Of a stretch of DNA of 64,000 bases, positions 11,900-24,640 are shown in pieces. The position numbers were made by a program, and so were the translations under genes. This DNA comes from Azolla caroliniana (Eukaryota; Plantae; Polypodiophyta), in contig JBHGNT010000004.1 in assembly GCA_043228905.1 (NCBI GenBank), positions 18,724,001 to 18,788,000 of the forward strand, written 5' to 3'. Within the stretch, counting starts at the first letter, position 1. The number at the start of each line of letters is the position of its first letter. Under the pieces are notes generated by a model that had not been told where the DNA came from, searched no databases, and was given only the letters and a program-made list of their open reading frames with translations.

Positions 11900-14800
11900 A
11901 TGGATGCTTATGATGTGACGAAGATGGTGTATTCACGAGTGCAGGCTATGGAGTCTCACCATAGTTCCAAGATAATGGGGTACCTTCTTCTTCAAGACGA
12001 AGGAGAACAGGAAATGTTCAGGCTTGCTTTCAGCCATGATTCTGTGCTGCAAGCGCTCGTGCAGAAGGTGAAAAAGGAGCTCGGGCTGAGCAGTAACAGT
12101 AGTATAATCACACCTTCTGCCACACAGGTCCAAAACCCTAATGGCAACTCTCTTCATCATTATCATCATCCGTCTTCTCATTTCATGAGCTCAACAGTTC
12201 CGCCTGCTCACACGACCTTGCCTAATTTTCATCCACTGAATGGTCAGACGATTTCCGCAGGGGTGATTGGTTCCCCGCACGATCCTTCAGCAGCTAATTC
12301 TGGCATGGCTGACCATCATCAGTTCCATTGCTCGTTCTTCCATGGACAAGACGATAGGCAGGTCCCTGATCATCTCTTGCTCAGAGGACAAGATAATCTC
12401 TCTAACTCACGTCGATTTAACAGATCCATGAGCCATGACTTACACCTTCAAGATCGATTCTTGTCAGACCATCAGAACCTTCTGAACGGTATGCGCAATG
12501 ATTTGCATCTCTCTGATATTGCGGATTTCTCCCTCCTGAATAACATTGATCAATATAATCAGTCTCTGCAACATGATCATCATCCAGCTTCCTATAATAA
12601 CGTCTTCTCTGCAAACGATCAAATCTTGCAGCAGTCTGATATCCTTAGTAGCAAGCTTAACGAATTAGATCAAGGCCTTAGCTTCCATGATCAAACGAGG
12701 TTTAATGGAAGCAACAGGCGCACCAATAATTATTCTGCATGCGACTTATCCATATCTCCCGACAGTCTTGCTTCTTATAATAATGGCATTATCGCATCAC
12801 CAGCAGCTTGGAAGCCATGTCTATACTATGCTCGAGGTTTCTGTAAGCATGGAAACAAATGTAAATTTCTTCATACCAACATCAATCATATGATCATGTC
12901 TACTACTGTGGCAGACTCTGGTTTTCTGAGCTCTCCCAGCAATGGAGTACAGTTCAATGACTCTGGTAGCGATGACGGAAATATGCAGATCTCTGCAGGC
13001 TCTTTAGAAAGGCTCGAATATGAGATACAAGAACTTCTGCGAGGCAGAAAAGCTCCAATCTCTATAGCATCTTTGCCACAGCTTTATTATGAACGGTTTG
13101 GCAAGACGCTTCAGGCGGATGGATATCTGACTGAGAGTCAGAGACATGGAAAAGCAGGCTACAGTCTGACGAAGCTTCTTGCGAGACTAAAGAATTCTGT
13201 CACTCTCATCGACAGGTAATGTAATCACTCTATCGTGATGTCATTACCAACTGACTGTTTTGATCTATACAAGGTTCTGACCTGATGCAACCTATGATAA
13301 TCGATCATTTGTGCTCGCCACAGCCATAACCTTTCTGATATTCACTACTCTTTTGTACCTTTGATCCATCACCATTACCGTTAGTTACCATTCAGAGGTC
13401 GCCATAGCCATGAGATCAGACGCATATTCATAGTCCGTGTAACATAATAAATCAATAATCAAAGTATTGTTTTTTGTTTGTTTTTGTTTACATTGCAGAC
13501 CTCATGGACAGCATGCAGTGGTGTTAGCAGAGGATGCATACAGATTCATATTGTATAATAATAACAATGGCAGTGGTAACGATAATCTGAATTCTAACAA
13601 CAACGGTAGCAGCAATGGTAATCGAGCAGGAGGAGGAGGAGGAGATTCGATGATACAGAAAGATGAAGAGTCAGGCAGCAATGGTGGTGGTATGAATCAT
13701 CATCATATGATGATGGAAAGTAGCTCTTCTTCTTCATCTTCATCATCATCATCATCATCATCATCTTCTTCATCGTTGTTGTCTTCTTCGGCTTCGTTAG
13801 GATCAGTATCTCGTCAGATCTACCTTACGTTCCCTGCAGACAGTGCCTTCTCCGAGGAAGACGTCTCTTCTTACTTCAGGTACAAAATCCACAGGAAAAT
13901 AAAACTGGCTCTCACCTCCTTCCCCCCGGAAAAAAACACCTTTCTCCCTTTTTTTTTACATATGTACTGAAACGTTTTCCTTTAATTCCCCCCCGAGATG
14001 CCCCTCGAGGGAACACTCTCGCCCAGTTCGGAATTCCCTTTTATGTTCCTGGCAAAAGATACCCTTACTACATCTCCTCTTCCTTCGGAGGAATGATGGA
14101 ATGATGGTTTTGTGTGGTTTTCCGATGGAATGATGGTCTTGTGTGGAGGCTGAGGGAGGGCATTGCCCGGGAAATATCGGAAACTCATTTCAGGTAACAG
14201 GAAAAGTACCCACCATCTCCAGGGAGGCAGGGCAGGCCCCATCTATACATATATATGTACATATTATATGAAAGAGCTCTCTCCCTAGCCTGCTTTGACT
14301 CAAGCAGGCCATCGATCTTCCCGCACCATTAGAGCTTTTTAGTTTTCCAATCTGTTTTGCACGGACTTACCGATATCTTTTTGGTCAGGCTTTATCGAAG
14401 CTATTTTTAATGCGGTCTCAATGGGAAAGAAGGTTATTATTATTTATTACTTGTTTGGTTTTTGGTTTTTTTTTTACTGTCATGGGTTTCTTCATTGTTT
14501 ATGGTGGCTTCGTTATGTGCGCCATCAATGGAAGCCTAGGCAACTCCCCCTTTGTTTTTTGTCTAACTTCCTCCTGTACTGCTTTCAAAACCCACCCCTC
14601 TCATTTTCTGATCAATGATCCTAGGGTTTAGGGTTCCTAATGAAGGTTTTCGGGTTTAGGGCTCACATGCCATGCTATATAGTTTATCCTGGTCAGATCG
14701 TTGTCTTTCATTGCTCTCCATGATTTACGTTCGTATTCAATGATCTTACGGTTTTGGGCTCATAATGAGGGTTTTGGTATGCAATTCTTCTGCTTAGATT

Positions 14801-17800
14801 TTTGTCTTTATTTTCATATTCATGTCACACTGTCTTCCATGAGGGTACGTACCATGGTAGCCTGTAGGCATCTCTTTCAAGCTACTTTTTGTTCTTTTTT
14901 TATTGAAATTGCCCTTGCATCAGAAGATACTCACATGCGTGCTGCACTATCTATGACGAGGTTTTAGGATTCACATTGCCGAGTAATGCAACTCTTCTTG
15001 TTAGTTTTCTCGCGTTTTAAGGTTTGAATTGCTGGCCATGCTTGCGTGTCATAGTCTATCAATCGAGTATGGGTTTTTCCTTCCACAACGATGTGCTCTA
15101 TCGGGTGACGATAAGGTCATACATAAATCTTGTCAGATTCTCTTCGTGTTGTGTATATCGTCTTCATGTTTGCATGAAAGAGGTCAAAAGCTTGGAAATC
15201 AACCAGCAAGTGACCTAATGCTGTTATTTTGATTCGATTTCTCCAACATTTTGCCAACCCAAGTTCTGCATTTTTTAAGAAGATACCAAGCACATTAGGA
15301 GATGAAAACAAGAAATCGCATAGGGTGCAAAGCACACTATTGTTGTTTGTTTGGGTCAGTAGTTTATATACCATTTTTTGTGTAGGATTGTTTATAGTGT
15401 GGAAAACACATTATTTTAATTGGCTGTTTATATGATATTGGAGCAGACCAGAATCATAACCCTATTCATGATTGGATGTTTGTTATGGGGTTGAAACCTT
15501 ATTCACAATGCTAGACAGTATTAGTCAAGGGAAAATTTGTAGAAAGTTTATCAGTAAGGATTTCGCTAGTTGTACTAGACATAGCTTCTGTAAGGTTTTA
15601 TGTGGAGATCCTTAACAGCTAACTATCTTAAAAATACGTCGTGCAATCTCTCTCTACTGGCAAATTTTAACAATAAGTGTATGGTTAGATACTGAGCTTG
15701 TGATCAGAAATGGGTGATTATATAATGAGTGTTCCTCCAGTAGTTCATGATTTTTCTGAGTATGTGTTTGGAAATGGGTGATTATACCACAATATTTTCT
15801 TCTGGTAATTTAATAGATTTTCTGAGCTTGTGATTAGAAATGGGTGGTTATTCCATAATTGTGTCCTTTTGTAATCAATGCATGGCTTTGCAGGGCTTAT
15901 GGACCGGTGCAAGATGTGAGGATTCCCTATCAACAGAAACGTATGTTTGGATTCGTGACATTTATATATCCAGAGACTGTAAAGATGATATTGGCTAATG
16001 GAAATCCTCATTACATCTGTGGGGCTAGAGTTCTTGTAAAGCCATACAAGGAGAAGGGAAAGCATGGCACAGACAGGTACTGTGGTTTTTTTTCTGAAGA
16101 TATCAGAGGTACCCAAGATAGATACCTCCCCCCTCTTAACATGGTCTGAGCAAATGTTTTTGTTTCACAAATAGATCTATCCTTTGTAATGCATGCATGC
16201 CAAACAGTACTCGGTGACCTTAGTGTTTCATCAATAAAGTGATAGCTATGATATGTGCGACCTCTGTGGATGTGCAAGAATTAATATTTTTTCTATTTCC
16301 TGAAGATTTGTATAGTTGTACATGTTTTTCCACCACTGTGAACTCTATCTATACCATAGAAGAGTTTGTTTACATGTACTTCTGCAGTGGTTTTGAATGA
16401 ATTAGCTTGATCTCTATGATGGAGCCTGTTTGCTCATTCAATTCTGTGTGTTTGTGTTAATTTAATTGATTTTGATCGAATCAATATCATCGCAATGTAT
16501 ATTTATGTTAATTTGATGGATTGTTTTCGAATCGTTACTGTCTTAGTAGTTAATGTTAACTTTTTTCTTTCGGAATCAGTTTTTTGTGAGTGTTAATTTG
16601 ATTGGTTTCTCCCAGAATTAGTTTAATTTCATCTATTTCTTGGAATTAAATTATGACTCTTCCCTTCATCATTCATCTTGATACTATATTCTTCAGGAGA
16701 TGCCCAGAACGATCCGATTTCTCCCGTGGTATGCTTCCAGGACAGTTACCAATGGATCTAAGAGCATTTGATAGCATTTCTGGTACTCACATTTTATCTC
16801 TGTAATAATGGATTTTATACATTCATTAAGATTCACAATCACACTGTTCTAGTTTGATGATTAATCAACAGTATTGTGTCGATTGATGAATATATATACA
16901 ATGCCTATTTGTTTTTTGACAGGACCTCGGTTTTTCTTAGAGCATGGTGCACTACGGAGGCAATTGGAAGAGCAAGAAATGATACTAGATATGGAGAGAA
17001 AGAGACTCACAGAGCTTCGGTTAGAGAAGCATCACATGCAACAATTCCAGCTACTTGCCGATTCGAATATAGATCAGGAGTGCTATGTCGATAATTATGA
17101 ATCTCAACAAGACTCATGCATCAATGATGTGGACCAAGTTATAGCTTCTATGCAATCGGCTCTTTTTGATCTCCATTTGCAATCCCCCTTGGATAGTCAT
17201 GGCATTACTGAATACGATTCTACAGCTCGTGAAGAAGAGGAAGAAGATCATCGGCCAGATGTGCTTCCTGAAGGTAGGCTTATGAGATCTTATACACTGC
17301 TTATTTGGTTATTTTGTTAAGTATTGAACTATGCTTGAATGCTTATACTTAGTTTTGTATATATGTATGCTTTGGTCAAGAGTCTGAGGCCCCCAATAGC
17401 ATGAAAATTAAGATTAAGATTGAGCTTTGTATGTAATACGGTGATTATTAATGCTCTCATTTTTACTATTTCTATTGCAAAACTTTTAGTGTGTATGATC
17501 TGAAACTAGAAAAGATTATGAAGAATGTTGATAAGGAATACAATAATCATATCTAACTCTCAACCCATTACGGAAATTATTATTAGTGCAAATGATTCTC
17601 AACCCCCACCTCTGAACCATGATGTACATGCCATTCAAGTTCTGAATGAATGTGGCTATCAGGGCTGCTGTTTACATCCATTTATTTATTACTCCCATTC
17701 ATAATTGGGTTGACTGCCTACTCCTTGGTATATGTATATTCATCTAACACATACTCTTATGTGTGCTCTGGATATGCAGATCTTGTGGAATCGCCGAAGT

Positions 17801-19211
17801 CCATTATCCAAGGCCATGATTTAGGAATTAAATTGCAGAATGAAGACAGCGACGAATTGCAAATGTCTATGTGAGCTTAAACTTTCATCCATGGGGAAAC
17901 CCCCCCAAATACCACTAAGATTTCTTTATTTTCCTGAATGACCTCAAATTTCGTTATTTCTCCAATACACTTGGTCAAGTATATGCCCTAGGGATCAGAT
18001 GGTTGATTCATCTTCCCCTCTCTCATTGAGGTATTGACTAAGGGTGTTTGGGGAAATATCAAAAATCCAGGGGCATTTGAAGAAATCAAGAGAACTGCGA
18101 GGGTATTTGGTATTTTCTTGATTCATTAATTGCTTTTATATGTGAGTTGGAACTGTTAAATTCCAGTGAGGGAGTACATAATCTTCCTGACAGCCCTTTT
18201 ACCAGCCCTCATAAGCCATATTCACCACCTTCCGACAATCTTATCATCACTTCCAACGACACTTCCATTAAAGGTGCTCCCGTGGAGGTGTGTCCACCCA
18301 GATTTGATTTACCTTCTTCTTTTGGGGATACCTTGGACTCAAGCAGTCACATATGCAAGGGTAATTAAATAGTTTAATATGACATCATGAATCCAATTGA
18401 AATAATCTGCTTTGCTTAAATTTAAGAAGTCTAGCTTTATAGGCTACACATCAACATCCGTTGATGATCTGTTTTGCTTAAATTCAAGAACTTTAGTGGT
18501 ACACTCATAAATAGCTATTGGGTGGATCTCTAACTTAATTGACAACATTTACTACACATTAATGTAGAGGGAATTAGGCCAACGATTACACTGGCTAGTC
18601 CTCATAGCTAATTGGCAGATCTCTAACCTAACACTCTCAATAAAGTATTCACTAATGTAGTTAATTAGGCGAGAAATTGGCTCGTTGTTCTGTAGACTCT
18701 GTAGACGGCTATATAATTGCCCACAGTTTCTACATGGACTCGGGTCTACTCATCAATCTTATGTCTATATGGGTTCTACATAGACCCAGTTGGGATAGCT
18801 ATGATTTCCACGTTGACCTAAGGCTACCTATTTCTTGGAGGAAGCGTATAATCATGAGTTAATGAGGCTAATGAAGTGCTAATAATAAACCCATTAACTC
18901 CTGCTTGGCAATTTGGTAACCCACGCACGTTTAGGTAGCCACATGTCTTGGGCATATACTTAGGGTTATGATTACCTCGTTCTTGCTACCCAAGTAGCAA
19001 TATTGTATCTTAGAGTTACTGGTATCTGGTTATATTTAACCACTCTTTACTTATATTTGATTAGTAACACTTTTCTTATGAAAGGAATTCCTATGTCCCC
19101 TAAATATGTATATGATATACGTGTATATAGTGTCTGTCAGTCAATTTGTGTGTCTAAAGCTCCATATCTGACTAATCACACAGATTTCTTCATTGATCCT
19201 GTACAGCTTGA
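11900..19211 (+). CDS. CCCH zinc finger + LOTUS/OST-HTH + RRM RNA-binding protein (AtC3H18/C3H53/C3H55-like family), multi-exon
   Basis: Phase-consistent GT-AG exons: 11900-13215, 13499-13879, 15894-16076, 16697-16782, 16923-17273, 17780-17870, 18167-18360, then a probable terminal exon 19207-19211 (alternatively read-through to TAA at 18368). Motifs: N-terminal [43 protein letters not shown] (C-x7-C-x5-C-x3-H), [27 protein letters not shown] (LOTUS), [33 protein letters not shown] (RRM), and C-terminal HNLPDSPF. Confidence 0.9.
17895..18118. mobile_element. Degenerate foldback/MITE-like element in intron 6
   Basis: Imperfect inverted arms (AAATACC..CCAATACACTTGGTCAA versus TTGACTAAGGGTGTTTGG..GGTATTT). 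Similar motif-type sequence occurs at 19270-19440. No clear TSD. Confidence 0.35.
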
Positions 19212-20044
19212 TTTCGGGCATTCCTTCTTTGCATTCTCCAAGTAAGCAAAGATTCTTCATCTCGACATCACAATCTTGATAATATAAAGTGAAAAAAACA
19301 CCAAAATGCCCCTATATTTAAAAAACTCATCAGAACACCCCTCTGGAAAAACACCAGAATGTCCCTGTGTTTTCAAAAATTACTCAATACCCCTGGAATT
19401 CAAACATTCAGGTGTTCTGGTAGCTCTTTAAAACCTAGGGCTGAAAATAATAAATATGAAAAAGGAAGTTAGGGCTATATTTTGGTATGACTAACATATG
19501 CATCATGCATCATGCACAGGTTAACAGGGTCTGCAGAGACAAGCGCTTCATCTGCCCACAACACATAGTTAATTACGTTTTTTAATTTAATCATTCAACC
19601 AAAGGAGATGGGTATAGCTGCCATTCTTTGTAATCTTTTTTCTTGTTTAATTTCCCAGCTCAGATTTAGTATTTAGATTAAATCTGAGCTGGCTTAAAAG
19701 CCCTTCAAAGGTCACACGCCATATTTGATCAGTTTGTCAGATTGATATGATCTTAATCAGCTTTAGATTTTCTTTACAAGAGAAAGGAAAAGGAGGAACA
19801 GAGGGAAACCATACATAGCATACAAGTTAGAGAGTAACTATTATTATTATTATTATTATTATTAATATATGGGGCAGAACAGAGAGGCCCTCCTCTGTTT
19901 TCAATTAAAACAGAGGATGAAAAAAGGAGGAAAGGGCCTCGTGGGCTGCCTTGACATACTTCAAAAGTAAAGAAATGAGTTCATTTTATAGCATGTATAG
20001 CACAGAGAATCAACAGAAAAGTTCAAACCTTCCTGAGTAGTCTT

Positions 20045-20079
<35 letters not shown>

Positions 20080-23000
20080 GAACAAAAGAAGAGGAATGAA
20101 GAAATCCTTGTCGGTATTTTGATCTCTTTCCATTTCCCAGGGATTTGCTTAGATGAAATACAGAGAAGAATAGATCTTCTTCTGGGTGTTTTTTAAGCCA
20201 GTATTTAGATATTATTCTATATACCAAAAACACGAACTTTGTTTCATTATAGAAAGTGTTAATGAAAAATTTAATCTGAAGTAATAACACTATTATCATG
20301 GTTCAAGAAGTGGTGAATCTATTTACTTGTTTGTTTCAATCTCGATCAGGGTCTCTGAACTCTGGAGTCTTGATCCGTATTTCATTCATGCATGTATTGC
20401 TCTCAATACTAAATAATGTGTTTGCTCATTTACATACTGAAGGTTAAATCTTTTCTTACTTCCCTGGGCTCCAGATTTGAAATTATTAGCCCATGCTCTT
20501 TCCTGTTGCCAAGTTTCTTGCATGGTGGTCTATTTGTGATGAGACATTATGTACATGTATGTACACTGTTCATAGAGTGCCTCTATATTGCACATACATT
20601 ATTGTGTTTTTGAGATGGAGGAGATTGGGTTGGAGACAATTATGAGTAGTCCATGCACACACATTATTGCTGCTTTGGGTTGTATCATGGTGGCAATTGA
20701 GGTAGTTACATCGTAAAAAAATGAGTGTAAATTGGGACGTGTGCTGAGTCACACTAGGGTGGAAAATTGAAATACGTTGAGGTGTATGACATGGGCATTA
20801 AATGTAATAACACTTGGTCATTGGGCTTATTGATGAATGCATTTTAGATGACAAGTGACACTAGGCTCGAAATACGTAAGTTTAAAGATGCATGCAGATA
20901 ATAAGTCATCCCATTAATGAAGATCTCTTTGATGTGCTCACAATCAAATTGCCCATTCGCATCTGTGAGAAAATATCGTTAACCAGGAATTGTCGATTGT
21001 ATGCCATACATACTTCACATATTGTTCTTTCTAAGCATTTCTATAGATTAGACTTATTCGAGTAAATCCAAATGAACCAAAATTTCAAGAGAATTTTCTA
21101 GCACATATTGGAGGTGCAATACATATGGCAAAGGTTTAGATTGAGAATTCTTAGCAATTTAGAGAATGTGCATTGTGTTACCAGCTACTATAGAACAAGG
21201 AGAACTGCACTAAATTCAGTAGTTGATGGTTACATAGGAAAACAAAGTGCATGTACCATAAAGTTATCTTCAATGGAGAGGCCAATATTGTTTTTTTGAG
21301 AGATTGAGGGTGGACAATGGAAATGACAAAAAAGTTATAATTTTTGCAGCCAAGAGGTTGAGGTGAACCTTACCTTTGAATGACAACCTATCTAATTGCG
21401 AACTTCATGTATACATGATTGGAACTATTCCCTTTAGATGTTCATTGCATTATGAACCAACACTACATGTACAAGAAATCTATAAAAAAGGATTAATGTA
21501 TGTTAGCAATCAAAATGTGACAATATCCGTTTTGGCCTACAATATTTTCTTGTCTCTTGTGTAACCATGACCGGAAAGAAACCAGTTGCAAAATATATGT
21601 TTATATTGTCCTTCTACATATATTAACATTGACCTTTCAAAGTAGATGTATGTTTAAAAGAACACTAGATTTTGTTATATGAGTTTGCAATTTATGAACA
21701 AGTTACAATTTTAATTATAAATGTCATTGAACTTCCGTTATCACTTGGAATCATAATTTGAAAATGGGATCAGATTCTAGAGCTAGATAGGCATACTAAG
21801 CATTTTATTTAGTATTATGTGTCTAGTTTGAAAATTGTGAAGCATTGTGAACTACATCTACATTGTGTGAAGTATTATGTAGTATGCTAGACACATACTA
21901 CATAAATTTAGTATCATAATTTGAAAAACTTCACGTGCTACTAGTTTCATCAATCAACCAACCTTCAACCCTAACGAGTGTTCCCCTATATATATATTTC
22001 TAAAAAACCTATATATTATGGTGTGCATGTGTTCCTTATGTGCATTCCACAATATATATATATTTCCAAAAGCCTATATGTATATTTCTTTTGTTTTTCC
22101 AAACAAATATGTGTATTTCTTTTAGTTATTTGAACTTGAAGAAACTACGCCATATGTATTTCCTCATGCATTTTGGTACTAGTTTACCATGTCTAATATA
22201 TAGGCCTCTAAATTATAATTGTTTCTATAATGTAGATTTGGGATAACATTGAACACTACCCTCCATCACAATGTAGATGTAGTTTTTTTTTTTGAAGAGG
22301 GGCACTGACATGATGTAATAATGTAAAAATGGGAGAGAGGGAGCATGTTAAAACTAGGAAAGTGTCATGTGTCTCCACAATGTGAAAGGGGATAAAGACA
22401 AAAGCACTTGAATGTAAGGGAAGAATAAAAGCCAATTTTTTGGATCTTCACAAGGGCTTCTTTGCGTTCCTTGACCTAAGGTAGAGCTTCTCTCTCTATC
22501 TCTAATAGATTACTGTTATGTGCTTAAATCTAAGTCTTGCACTAATCTTGATTAATGATATGGATGTAATCACTTTCTAATATAATTTCTTGTTTTTTAA
22601 TGATCTTAAGAATGTTGGTTAAGTATATATACACCTGATTGTGATAGACTAAAAAGAGAGTGAGAAGGGGTTCCTTTGTATTGTCAACATGATTGTACGT
22701 GGCTTAGGAGTGATTGACGACCACTCTTACCATATTGTCATCAATAGGATATATGACATTTTAGTCAGCCTTGGTGAGGAGGCATAACTTTATCTAAGAT
22801 TAAGAAGTGTGTTGGGTCATACACACCAAGAAACAACATGAATAGTTTGCTACTAAAGTGAAGGATTTGTTTTGTCTTCAATTTATGTTGTGACACAAGA
22901 GTGATAAGATGGGGATCATATGTATTTCATGAAATCATATGACAACCCCTAAGAAATTGGGTGTTGAGCCGTTGTTGCAAGACATGTGTTTGTGAACACA

Positions 23001-23143
23001 ACCATGGCCTTTATTTTAGAATATTTTGTTAAGGTGTAATAACACATGGGAGGGACTATAACTAAGGCGTTGTGGTGGCAACTAAATTATTTGTACTAAG
23101 AATACAATGTTTTACATATAAGTAATATAATTGTTTGTTTTGA

Positions 23144-23180
<37 letters not shown>

Positions 23181-23185
<5 letters not shown>

Positions 23186-24587
23186 ATTGCATAATGTTTT
23201 GAATGTTCAAATGGCGACCGATCATGCTCGACATACACATCAAGAAATGGTTATGGTGCAATTAGATTTGGAAAAAGCATATGATCATGTTAATTGGTCT
23301 TTCCTCTCAGGTGTGATGTATAATATGGGGTTTGGTCCTCGTATGTGTTGACTTATCTTTTTGCTAGGGACCAATGCAACCTCCCGTGTGATGCTTAATG
23401 ACGGAGTCACTCCGAAAGTGTTTCTTACTAGATCTGTGCGGCAAGGATGTCCACTATGCCATTGTTATTTGCTATTGTTACACTTCCTTTGTTAGTAATG
23501 TTGTCAAAACTTGCGGCCAATGATGATATTGTGGGTTTGCATCTTCCTTCTGGTGGACAATTGGTGGCACAAGCATTGGCAGATGATTCTTTTATGTTTT
23601 TACAAGCCTGAAAAGAAAATCTTAAAAGGAGTATGCAAGCTTGGGATCAATTTGCGTTGGCGTCAGGGTTGTATATAAATTGGAGGAAGTCTCGCCTTAT
23701 TTATTGTACGGAGAGTGATTTGGAATGCTTGGGATGGCGAGGGTTAGTGATTACACAAGGTTCAATTGATTGACATTTGGGTTATCCATTGGGCATTGAT
23801 GTTACAAATGTTCAATTGATTGATTGGATTAATCCTTGGGTAGATTGGTGGTTACAAGATGGTACACGCTCGTTATAGGTCACTACAAATATATTGTATC
23901 ATCATGCGATGGCATCATTATCTTGGCTATCTCCTAAAGCAACGAAGTTGTGGAATGTATATAAGTAAGATGCAAGGTGGTGGAAAATATTACAACGTGG
24001 TTGGCATTCCCATCTACCATTTCGTGCAAAGGTATTCATATGGAGAGTCATGACTGGTGGGCTCCCATTAGGTTCAGCCTTAAAGAGACGAGGACTAGGG
24101 TCTGACACTTGTTTCTTTTGCACCGTTCCATTGGAGGATAGTACACATAGGTTCATTAAATGTCCTATAGCGTGTACCATTTGGAAGTACTTATCGGACA
24201 TTTGGCAAGTTTTAACCCGTTGTTGTTTGAGACCTCAACAATGGGTTTTTTCTCAATATGTTCAAAATGGATCAAATGATGAGATGGAGATATTGTTCCA
24301 ATTTTTACGTTATTGGGGTCTACAACACAATTGGAATATGCGTAATGCTTTCATGTTTGATAATAGACATGGGGTGAAAGCCTATATAAATAAGCTTAAA
24401 GGTATTCTCATGTGGAATTTTTGGATGTTAGAGCATGTGGGGATCATTTCCTCAAATGCATATTCTGGTTTTTTGGTAGCATTATAGAACGTCCCTCTCC
24501 CTACATAGGCATATGATAGGTAGAGGAGACTAAGAAGTGTTGTAATTAAGTGGATTTTACATACAATTAATATAACTGTGTGCTTTT

Positions 24588-24590
<3 letters not shown>
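23181..24590 (+). mobile_element. 5'-truncated L1-like LINE (RT + zf-RVT), bounded by (GA)n on both sides
   Basis: EMVMVQLDLEKAYDHVNW, RSVRQGCPL, ALADDSF, HLGYPLG and TCFFCTVPLEDSTHRFIKCPIACTIW, with stops and frameshifts. (GA)n tracts at 23147-23180 and 24591-24637. Confidence 0.85.

Positions 24591-24637
<47 letters not shown>

Positions 24638-24640
<3 letters not shown>

Noticed and set aside
14620-14662. Telomere-like TAGGGTT(T) motifs in intron 2
   Set aside because: Only two or three dispersed units, which is common in plant DNA and not an interstitial telomeric array.
15690-15860. Degenerate triplicated 60-70 bp unit (GAAATGGGTG.TTAT) before exon 3
   Set aside because: Looks like ordinary intronic tandem duplication with no evidence of function.
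23570-23595. Unusual LADD catalytic motif in the LINE RT
   Set aside because: A single decayed copy with many other lesions, so it cannot be distinguished from mutation of FADD.
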